A stretch of 64,000 nt of DNA from Planctomycetaceae bacterium. GTDB taxonomy: Bacteria; Planctomycetota; Phycisphaerae; Phycisphaerales; SM1A02. The position numbers and the translations under genes were made by a program. Below, piece by piece: positions 56,545 to 64,000 of this stretch (the first letter of the stretch is position 1; each line of letters begins with the position of its first letter). Under the pieces are notes generated by a model. It saw only the letters and a program-made list of their open reading frames with translations, made no database searches and was not told the DNA's origin. The stretch covers positions 5,476 through 69,475 of the forward strand of contig JBIQHI010000004.1 in the NCBI GenBank assembly GCA_044508635.1, written 5' to 3'.

Positions 56545-59500
56545 ATGAGAATGAACGCAGCAATCTTTGCCATGATGATCCCTGTGTCCGTCGCCGCGGT
56601 CGCACTGGCCGCGAGTGATGGAAGCACGGGTGATCAGAACATGGGATCGGATATGCCGCTGGACACGGTGGCGCAGATGCGCATGCCGCGCGGCATGGGT
56701 GGCGGAGAAGGTGGTGGCGGCGGTCAACACGACTTCCCGCCGTTTGAAGAGGTGTCGAAGGACTACACCAAGGTTGTTTCCACGACCGACGGCCAGAGCC
56801 TTTACACGCTGTACAAGCGCGACAAGGACGCGCAGATGCTTGCGGAGCTTCCGCCCAACTTCGAATCGCAGCGGCTGTTCCTCGCTGTCACGATCGCGGG
56901 CGGCATTCCGACAGCCGGCGTGCAATGGGGCGACATGCACGCATCGTGGAAACGCTTCGATAAGACGCTCGCGCTCATCGAACCCAACATGGCGGTTCGC
57001 ACGAGCGGCGATCTCGAGTCGAAGAAGGGACACGACCGTGTGTTCACCGACCGCGTGATTCTCGAAGTGCCCATCGTCTGCATGGGCCCGGGCGGCGGAC
57101 CGGTGATCGACATGGACGCCCTGCTGCTCGGCCAGGCCGGCAACTTCTTCGGTCGCGCCGTCGCGGGCATGAATCCGCGGCTTGCGCGCATTGAGAAGGC
57201 CAAGGCGTTCCCGCAGAACGTCGAGATCGCCTTCGAACTTCCGCTCGCCGGCGGGCGCCTCGGCACGCTGCACTATTCCATCAGCGTCATCCCCGAGAAC
57301 ACCGGCTATCAGCCGCGCCAGGCGGACAGCCGCATCGGCTACTTCACCACCACCTACCTCGACATCGGCAACCCCGCTGATGAAGAGCCGTGGAAGCGGT
57401 ACATCAATCGCTGGAAGCTCGAAAAGGCTGACCCCAAGCTGCGCTTGAGCCCGCCGAAGGAGCCGATCGTCTTCTACCTCGAGCACACCATTCCCGTCCG
57501 TTATCGCCGCTGGGTGCGCGAAGGCGTGCTGGAATGGAACAAGGCGTTTGAGAAGGTCGGCATCATCAACGCCATCGAGGTCTATCAGCAGGACGCCCGC
57601 ACTGGCGCTCACATGGATAAGGACCCCGAAGACGTTCGCTACAACTTCGTGCTGTGGACGAACGCCAACATGGGCTTCGCCATCGGACCGTCACGCGTTG
57701 ATCCCCGCACCGGCCAGATTCTCGATGCGGACATCGTGATGGACGAAGGCTTCATCAGCAGCTGGACGAACCAGTGGCGGAAGTTCATGCCCGAGGTGGC
57801 GATGCAGGGTTTCACGCCGCAGACGCTGGCGTGGCTTGAAGACCATCCGGCGTGGGATCCGCGCGTGCGCCTGTCGCCGATTCAGGAGCGCGATGACGTG
57901 ATCCGCGAGATTCAGATGGCTCGCATGCTCCGCGGATTCAACGCCTTTGCCGGCCACGAAGCGGCGCAGGCTGACCCCACGCTGCTCGGTGACGACCGCT
58001 ACGACGGTCTCGCCAACCGCGTGAGTCAGGTGAACGGCGCGTGCATGAACGCCCGCGCTCGCGGCATGGACATTGCCATGTTCCGCCTCGATCCGGCGCT
58101 CTTCGCTGAACTCGCCAACTCGGCGTTCGCTGTTGCGGACGATGAAGCCGACGACGAAGCGGACGCAAAGGATGACGAGAAGAAGGCCGAAACTAAGAAG
58201 GCGAAGCCCGAGAGCGACATGCTCGACGGCGTGCCGGACTGGTTCATCGGTCCGATGCTCAAGGACGTGGTGATGCACGAGGTCGGCCACACGCTCGGCC
58301 TGCGTCACAACTTCAAGGCGTCCAGCGTCCACACCTGCCATGACGTCAACACCGCCGAGATGAAGGGACAGCCCATCACCGGCTCGGTCATGGATTACAA
58401 CCCCATCAACATCAACTTCGAAGATGGCCCGGTGCAGGGCGAGTACACCATGGTCACCATCGGCCCGTACGACTATTGGGCGATCGACTACGGTTACACC
58501 GCCGACCAGGACCTCAAGCCCATTCTTTCCCGCGTGTCGGAGGATGAACTCCCCTACGCGACAGACGAAGACACATGGGGCCCGGACCCGCTTGCTCGCC
58601 GCTTCGACTTCGGCGCCGAGTCGCTCGACTACGCCGAATCCACCCTGCGTTTGAGCAAGTACCTGCGCGACAAGATTCTCGACCGCATCGTGAAGGACGG
58701 CAACAGCTGGGCGAAGGCCCGCGAGGCGTACGAGCTGCTGCTCTATCGCCATCTGAACGCTGTCTCGATCGCTTCGGCGTGGATCGGCGGCGCGCATGTG
58801 AACCGCGATCACAAGGGCGACCCCGGCGATCGCAACCCGCTCGAAGTCGTGGCTGCCGAGAAGCAGCGCCGCGCGCTTCGCCTCGTGATCGACAACACCT
58901 TCTATGACGATGCGTACGGCCTTTCGCCCGAGCTCCTCTCGAAGATGACGGTCGACAAGTGGTGGGACGAAGGCGGCATGGGCACCATCTTCGAGGATCC
59001 CACGTGGCCCGTGCACGAGCGCATCCTCGGCATTCAGGCCGTGGCCATGACGCTGCTGCTCAACCCGACGACGCTGAACCGTGTCTATGACAACGAGTTC
59101 CGCGTCCCGGCCGAGCAGGACATGATCACCGTGCCCGAAGTGATCAACGCGGTGGCCGACGCCGCGTGGAGCGAGCTGGATCAGACGAACGGCGGCAAGT
59201 ACTCCGCCCGCAAGCCGATGATCAGCTCGCTGCGCCGCAACCTGCAGCGTGAGCACATCGATCGCATGATCGATCTCATCATGCCGAACGCCGGTTTCGG
59301 CGCCGCGTCCAAGCCCGTGTCCAACATCGCCTTGGCCAAGCTCCGTGAGCTCAGCGCCAAGATCGCCAAGATCACCGAGAAGGGCGCGGACAAGGTTGAT
59401 CCGTACACGCTCGCTCACTTGAGCGAAGCCAAGGTGCGCATCGACAAGGCCCTGGATGCTGATTACATCTACAACCTGAACAGCATGGGTATGGGCGGCG

Positions 59501-59553
59501 GCATGCCGATGTTCATCGGCCAGCCCGTCCCGGCGACGCAGCCGCAGAACTGA
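56545..59553 (+). CDS. large secreted zinc metalloprotease (zincin, HEXXHXXGXXH)
   Basis: 1002 aa with AGGAGCA upstream of the ATG and signal peptide MRMNAAIFAMMIPVSVAAVALAA. The motif is VVMHEVGHTLGLRHNF. Confidence 0.85.
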   Translation: MRMNAAIFAMMIPVSVAAVALAASDGSTGDQNMGSDMPLDTVAQMRMPRGMGGGEGGGGGQHDFPPFEEVSKDYTKVVSTTDGQSLYTLYKRDKDAQMLAELPPNFESQRLFLAVTIAGGIPTAGVQWGDMHASWKRFDKTLALIEPNMAVRTSGDLESKKGHDRVFTDRVILEVPIVCMGPGGGPVIDMDALLLGQAGNFFGRAVAGMNPRLARIEKAKAFPQNVEIAFELPLAGGRLGTLHYSISVIPENTGYQPRQADSRIGYFTTTYLDIGNPADEEPWKRYINRWKLEKADPKLRLSPPKEPIVFYLEHTIPVRYRRWVREGVLEWNKAFEKVGIINAIEVYQQDARTGAHMDKDPEDVRYNFVLWTNANMGFAIGPSRVDPRTGQILDADIVMDEGFISSWTNQWRKFMPEVAMQGFTPQTLAWLEDHPAWDPRVRLSPIQERDDVIREIQMARMLRGFNAFAGHEAAQADPTLLGDDRYDGLANRVSQVNGACMNARARGMDIAMFRLDPALFAELANSAFAVADDEADDEADAKDDEKKAETKKAKPESDMLDGVPDWFIGPMLKDVVMHEVGHTLGLRHNFKASSVHTCHDVNTAEMKGQPITGSVMDYNPININFEDGPVQGEYTMVTIGPYDYWAIDYGYTADQDLKPILSRVSEDELPYATDEDTWGPDPLARRFDFGAESLDYAESTLRLSKYLRDKILDRIVKDGNSWAKAREAYELLLYRHLNAVSIASAWIGGAHVNRDHKGDPGDRNPLEVVAAEKQRRALRLVIDNTFYDDAYGLSPELLSKMTVDKWWDEGGMGTIFEDPTWPVHERILGIQAVAMTLLLNPTTLNRVYDNEFRVPAEQDMITVPEVINAVADAAWSELDQTNGGKYSARKPMISSLRRNLQREHIDRMIDLIMPNAGFGAASKPVSNIALAKLRELSAKIAKITEKGADKVDPYTLAHLSEAKVRIDKALDADYIYNLNSMGMGGGMPMFIGQPVPATQPQN

Positions 59554-59595
59554 TCAGCCAGCGCGCTGACGGTTCGGCAACCCTTTGCATGCACG

Positions 59596-59627
59596 AAGCC
59601 CGCGGATTCAGTCCGCGGGCTTTTTTT
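59596..59627 (+). terminator. Rho-independent terminator
   Basis: AAGCCCGCGGA-TTCAG-TCCGCGGGCTT followed by TTTTT, starting 43 nt after the stop at 59553. Confidence 0.8.
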
Positions 59628-59867
59628 CGGTTCCAAGGGGTGAAATTCCGCCGGCCGACTGTTGCATCGATGCAGGCCCGGTGCACACTTGATGAAGACA
59701 AGTTTTTCAGCGCGCAAGTTGAGGCGGCGAAAGGACTTACGATCATGATTCGTTCGCACACACGAAATCATTGGACCTCACTTCTTGGCGGCCTCGTTTC
59801 CCGGAGTACGTTGCTGATGCGGAATGTTCCGAGAAGTCGGAGTCGCCGTGAGACGGTCCGGGAATCC

Positions 59868-61229
59868 ATGTCAATTCCTTCGGGGACTACGAAAACGCAG
59901 CGCGGAGTTCAGCCGGTGGCGGGGTGCATGCCCACAAATCGGCGAAGGTCATGGCGCCCCTCCATCATCAGCGCGTGCGCGGTGATTCTGTCAGGAGCGA
60001 TTGGGGTGAAGGAAGCCAGCGGACAGCACTGCATGTATGAGATTGTCGGCGAGATTTCCACGCCGGGCTGCTTTCCAGGCGAGTTGGCGCCGATCGTGGC
60101 GACCGCAATCAACGACAACAGCGTCGTGGTGGGATACTTTTTTGATTGCGCGTTTAACGAGCAGCCCTTCATGTGGTCGGCGGAGAGAGGCTTCGTCGCG
60201 ATTCCGCTGCCGCCGGGCGTGTTGTTTGCGAAACCGATGGATATCGACGACCAAGGCGAAATGGTTGGATCGCTGGCCAAGCCTAATCTTGGCAAGGAAC
60301 TGGCTTTTCATTGGGCGGATGACGTGTGGACCGAGCTGCCCTCGTTACCCGGTTCGACAAACACTACCGCCTTCGCAATCAACGACTTTGGGGTCATTGT
60401 CGGTGAATCCGCCAATACGATAACAGGGCCTGCAATTGCATGTGTGTGGAAGAATGGCACGATCAGTGCCTTGGATTTGCCACTGGGCCCCAATTCTGCC
60501 GCGTTTGACATCTCGGACGCCTCCTTAGCGGTTGGACGCATGGGTGGGTCTTCGTATCCGTTCGTGCCGTTTTTGTGGACTCGCGAATCTGCAACTGCTC
60601 TTCCAACGCTCCGCAACACATTTCGCAGTGAAGCATTGGCAGTCAATGAACACATGACGGTCGTCGGTCAAGCGTTCGTAGAGACCAAAAGTGGTTCCGT
60701 GCCGCGTCGATCTTGGATGTTCGAGAATAGGCAGCTCACTGATCTCGGGGTGCTGCCGGAAGCAGATCATCGCACGATCGCCAACGATATAAATGATGCG
60801 CGGCAGGTCGTCGGCGACTGCTTCGGTGTCGCAAACGCAACAAATAAGCCCTTCCTTTGGCAGAACGGTTCAATCATCGAATTGCAGACGCTGATCACGA
60901 ACCCACCAGAGCACCTCTTCTTGTTGCACGCCTATGCAATCAATAATGCAGGTCAGATTGTCGTGCAAGGTGCTAGCCAGCCGATGTTCGTGCTCGCGCC
61001 AGTTGGACGTCCGCTCGGAGACGTCAACATCGATTGTGTCGTCGATGAGCGCGACTTGGTTGCGGTACTCGAAGACTGGGGGCCGGCCAAACTCTATCAG
61101 CCAACCGATCAGGTGACGAGTGCAACCTTTCAACCGCCCGCAGACGGCGTTGTGGACGCCGCTGACTTGGCGATCGTTCTCGGCAACTGGAGCGTTTCCA
61201 GTTCTCCATCTCTTCCAGCACGGAGGTAA
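59868..61229 (+). CDS. HAF-family extracellular repeat protein with C-terminal dockerin-like pair
   Basis: Repeats of the IND-x-G-x-VVG type recur: INDNSVVVGY, IDDQGEMVGS, INDFGVIVGE, VNEHMTVVGQ, INDARQVVGD, INNAGQIVVQ. They alternate with xFxW..G...L segments (PFMWSAERG, AFHWADDVW, PFLWQNGS). The start is uncertain (ATG 59868 or 59928); the track ORF start at 59589 lies inside the upstream terminator. Confidence 0.75.
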   Translation: MSIPSGTTKTQRGVQPVAGCMPTNRRRSWRPSIISACAVILSGAIGVKEASGQHCMYEIVGEISTPGCFPGELAPIVATAINDNSVVVGYFFDCAFNEQPFMWSAERGFVAIPLPPGVLFAKPMDIDDQGEMVGSLAKPNLGKELAFHWADDVWTELPSLPGSTNTTAFAINDFGVIVGESANTITGPAIACVWKNGTISALDLPLGPNSAAFDISDASLAVGRMGGSSYPFVPFLWTRESATALPTLRNTFRSEALAVNEHMTVVGQAFVETKSGSVPRRSWMFENRQLTDLGVLPEADHRTIANDINDARQVVGDCFGVANATNKPFLWQNGSIIELQTLITNPPEHLFLLHAYAINNAGQIVVQGASQPMFVLAPVGRPLGDVNIDCVVDERDLVAVLEDWGPAKLYQPTDQVTSATFQPPADGVVDAADLAIVLGNWSVSSSPSLPARR

Positions 61230-61232
61230 TAT

Positions 61233-62930
61233 ATGAGGCACAAATGGGATCGATCGTTTGTGGCTGTGCTCGTGCTCGGCGCCTCGGTGGCGTTGACGGG
61301 ATCAGTGTACGCCGCTGTTATTCGCGTCGATGGATCCTTGATGACCAATGGCGACGGGAGTTCGTGGGCGCTCGCGATGAACACCCTGCCGGGGGCGATC
61401 GCGTCCGCCAATCTCGGCGACGAAATCTGGGTGAAGTCCATCGGTGGGGCCTACACTCCCGGAACTACGACTGGTTCGACGTTTCTGCTCAAGGATGGTG
61501 TTAACCTTTACGGCGGGTTCGCGGGCACCGAAACGAACCGTGTCGAAGCTGACCCGTACCTGCATCCCACCATCCTCAGCGGTGATGTGGACAACAACGA
61601 CGATCCCGCAATTCCGTCCAGCTTTAGCGACAACGCGACCAACGTGGTGACGGCGACCAATACCATTGCCGCGCTCACGCGCCTCGACGGGTTCATCATC
61701 ACCAAGGGCCGCAGCGGCAGCGGCGCTGGACTCCGTGTGGACAATACCAACAACACGATTCCAACCATAGTGAAGTTGAATGTCACGCGGTGTCGATTCA
61801 TCGATAACGACGCGGAGAGCGCTGACGGCGGCGCGGTGGCGCTGATCAAGACATCAACGCTTCAGGGTTCAAAACTGAATGTCGCATTCACCAACTGCGA
61901 GTTCGTGAACAACGCGGCGGGAAGGGGCGGGGCGATCTATTTCGAAGAAACGGTTGGCGCAGTCATTACGAATTCGCTGTTCGTTGGCAACACGGCGACT
62001 GGCGACGGCGGAGGGATTTACATGCGCCGCACCTGCGATGCGGCTGACGGTGACTGTGAAAGGGCGCTGTGCTCGCCGACCCGTTCGGGAGTGGATGTCA
62101 ACAGTTGCACGTTCTTCGGCAACATCACCGGCGGCGAAGGCGGCGCTGCATGGATCGGCCGGAGTGAAGCATGGCACACCGCGGGCTCCATTTTCTGGCA
62201 GAACGAAGATGGTTCGAATGAAAGCACCGAGCGCCAGCAGATCCGAAAGGAGTTCTATTGCGAGGATGACGACGTCGCTGAGGTGACGGTGATCTCTTCG
62301 TGTGTGGAAGGGCTCAGCGAGTTTGCCGGCTACGGGAATATTGGAAATGATCCTGACTTTGAAGACGGCGCAGCCGGCGACTTTCGACTGAAGGCGGGAT
62401 CGCCCTGCATTGACAAGGGCGCGGTCGGCAACTTCTTCCCGTCCGACGACCTTGACTTCGATGGGGATGGCCTTGATAACGAGGAGCTGGCTGTACCCCT
62501 TGATGTTACGGACCAGCGCGTGCTCGGCGCCATGATCGACATGGATCCTTTCGAGAAGCAGCTCTTCGAGGTGACAACCTGCCCGGCGGACTGCGTCACC
62601 AGCGCCACGTTCGCGCCGCCGCCGGACGGCACGATCAACGGCGCGGACATTTCCTATCTGCTCGGCGCATGGGGCGCTTGCCCGCCGCCATGCTGCGCTG
62701 ATACGGTCAACAACATTTCCTTCCAGCCTCCCCCCGATGGCGTGGTAGACGCCGCTGACCTGGCTTGGTTGCTCAATGAATGGGGTGACTGCGAAGAGAG
62801 CTTCATGGAATCCGGCAATCCGTACGAGAATACGGAGATCGGCGATCTCCTCGACGAACTCCTCGAAGAGACTGATCCCGAGGAACAAGCGGCACTGATC
62901 GAGGACCTGCTCGACCTGCTGTCGCCGTGA
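61233..62930 (+). CDS. secreted right-handed parallel beta-helix protein with two dockerin-like repeats and acidic tail
   Basis: 565 aa with signal peptide MRHKWDRSFVAVLVLGASVALTGSVYA. The N-terminal DGSSWALAMNTLPGAIASANLGDEIWVKS...LYGGFAGTET and repeated GGAIY/GGGIY turns indicate a beta-helix. The C-terminal dockerin-like pair lies at 62580..62792. Confidence 0.8.
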   Translation: MRHKWDRSFVAVLVLGASVALTGSVYAAVIRVDGSLMTNGDGSSWALAMNTLPGAIASANLGDEIWVKSIGGAYTPGTTTGSTFLLKDGVNLYGGFAGTETNRVEADPYLHPTILSGDVDNNDDPAIPSSFSDNATNVVTATNTIAALTRLDGFIITKGRSGSGAGLRVDNTNNTIPTIVKLNVTRCRFIDNDAESADGGAVALIKTSTLQGSKLNVAFTNCEFVNNAAGRGGAIYFEETVGAVITNSLFVGNTATGDGGGIYMRRTCDAADGDCERALCSPTRSGVDVNSCTFFGNITGGEGGAAWIGRSEAWHTAGSIFWQNEDGSNESTERQQIRKEFYCEDDDVAEVTVISSCVEGLSEFAGYGNIGNDPDFEDGAAGDFRLKAGSPCIDKGAVGNFFPSDDLDFDGDGLDNEELAVPLDVTDQRVLGAMIDMDPFEKQLFEVTTCPADCVTSATFAPPPDGTINGADISYLLGAWGACPPPCCADTVNNISFQPPPDGVVDAADLAWLLNEWGDCEESFMESGNPYENTEIGDLLDELLEETDPEEQAALIEDLLDLLSP

Positions 62931-62976
62931 GATGAACCGCATTTCCGCAGCACGGGGAAATGGCGTGCGCAAGCCG

Positions 62977-63007
62977 AAGCCCGCGGATTCAGTCCGCGGG
63001 CTTTTTT
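62977..63007 (+). terminator. Rho-independent terminator (same hairpin as 59596..59627)
   Basis: AAGCCCGCGGATTCAGTCCGCGGGCTTTTTT, 47 nt after the stop at 62930. Confidence 0.8.
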
Positions 63008-63129
63008 CGTTTATCATCCCGCCGTTCGGTCTTTGGGCCCTGCGATCCGTGATCTCAATGGCTTGGGCGATTTTCAGATTTGGGATTTGAGATTTCGGAG
63101 CACGCGGGGCCGTTTTCCCGAGGTAGATC

Positions 63130-64000
63130 ATGAACGTCGCGCCAAAATCCGGTCTGGAACATCGTCTCGCGCACCTTGAGGCCACGGTGGCCCGGCAGGA
63201 GCGTTCACTGCGGCGGCATCGCGCGGTCGCCTTGGGCGCTCTTCTCCTTGCGGCGGGCAGCGTCATGGTCGCGGCGACGGCCCAGCGGGCGATTCCAGCG
63301 TTGCTGCAGGCGCAGCGACTTGAGATCGTGAGCGCCGAGGGCAAGCCGCTTTTCTCCGCGGGCCAGGGCGCGAATGGCGGGCGGCTGGAGATCATCGACG
63401 GGGCCGGCAACGTGGTGCTGGTGGCGGAAGCAGGCGGCACGGGCGGGCAGGTGGATCTCTGGAACGCGGACGGCCGGAACGTCCTGCGAACGTCGTGCAA
63501 CGAACACGGCGGCGACCTCGCGATCTGGAACAACGACGGGCAAAACGTGATGGGCGCGTTCGCCACGACGACCGGAGCGGCGACGGCGGTCTGGTCTCGC
63601 GAGGGCTCGCTTGCGTTCCGTGCGGCGACCGGCGAAGCGGCGACCAGGCTCGAAGTGCTCGGCCCGGGGGCGAAGGCGGCGTTCATGGCTGCGGCAGACG
63701 CCACCGGTGGATCGTTTGAAGTGACAAACGCCGCAGGCTCGCCGTTCGTCGCGGGCGGCCGTGGCGAGAACGGTGTGGGCGGCTTGTTTACGGTCTACGC
63801 GGCGGACGGCACGCGCAGCGCGGCGATGACGTGCGAGGACGACGGTTGCGGCCGGCTGGACGTGTACAACAACGCCGACAAGGCGGTGTTCACCGTGGAC
63901 GGTCAGCGCGACCTCGGCTGCGTGATGGCCTTGTCCAACAACGTCGGTTCGCGGCTGTTCATGCTCGGCACGCGGGCCACCGGTGGCCTGCTCAACGTGA
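63130..64000 (+). CDS. membrane-anchored tandem-repeat protein (5' part; runs off window)
   Basis: Absent from the ORF track because there is no stop in the window. Hand translation from ATG 63130 gives MNVAPKSGLEHRLAHLEATVARQERSLRRHRAVALGALLLAAGSVMVAATA. At least 9 units of about 22 aa follow (GGRLEIIDGAGNVVLVAEAG / GGQVDLWNADGRNVLRTSCNEH / GGDLAIWNNDGQNVMGAF ...). The antisense ORF 61869..63704 is an artefact. Confidence 0.6.
   Translation, partial: MNVAPKSGLEHRLAHLEATVARQERSLRRHRAVALGALLLAAGSVMVAATAQRAIPALLQAQRLEIVSAEGKPLFSAGQGANGGRLEIIDGAGNVVLVAEAGGTGGQVDLWNADGRNVLRTSCNEHGGDLAIWNNDGQNVMGAFATTTGAATAVWSREGSLAFRAATGEAATRLEVLGPGAKAAFMAAADATGGSFEVTNAAGSPFVAGGRGENGVGGLFTVYAADGTRSAAMTCEDDGCGRLDVYNNADKAVFTVDGQRDLGCVMALSNNVGSRLFMLGTRATGGLLNV

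Overview
High-GC bacterial chromosomal segment: hand counts of 60-nt lines give mostly 65-80% GC, with discrete 43-58% patches. About 45 genes are densely packed, and stop/start overlaps of the ATGA type are frequent. The protein idioms are batteries of prepilin-type pseudopilins, Cys-bracketed dockerin-like C-terminal tags, a PEP-CTERM-like tail, HAF repeats and many secreted peptidases. Together they suggest Planctomycetota (Phycisphaerae-like), which is inference only. Content from left to right: (1) secreted or anchored proteins, namely a PEP-CTERM-like protein, an M23 peptidase, an LVIVD/choice-of-anchor-B-like propeller and an NHL propeller. (2) Housekeeping genes: an ion transporter, a tandem USP, thiS-thiG and a phosphohexomutase, with a RAYT-type HUH transposase flanked by 31-bp perfect inverted repeats. 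(3) An 8.8-kb one-strand Pho block: phoB-phoR-porin-pstSCAB-phoU. (4) An FHA coiled-coil protein and tRNA-Arg(UCG). (5) Two secreted proteins that share an unannotated C-terminal module. (6) The most interesting locus, a 16.5-kb co-directional T2SS/T4P-like operon (30867..47372). It encodes two GspE-type ATPases, PilT, one GspF, five oversized pseudopilins and a 1483-aa GspK-like protein. No secretin, GspC/L/M or prepilin peptidase is present in the window. (7) coaB and a secreted peptidase operon (M14-like, M14, tricorn-like), then a large zincin. (8) A lower-GC two-gene module (HAF-repeat protein plus beta-helix protein) bracketed by identical terminator hairpins. Non-coding structure includes a 3.5-copy 88-bp hairpin-bearing tandem array, an 87-bp direct repeat with 8-mer micro-repeats, and a recurring terminator hairpin family. 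All functional calls rest on motif recognition by eye. No database search was run.
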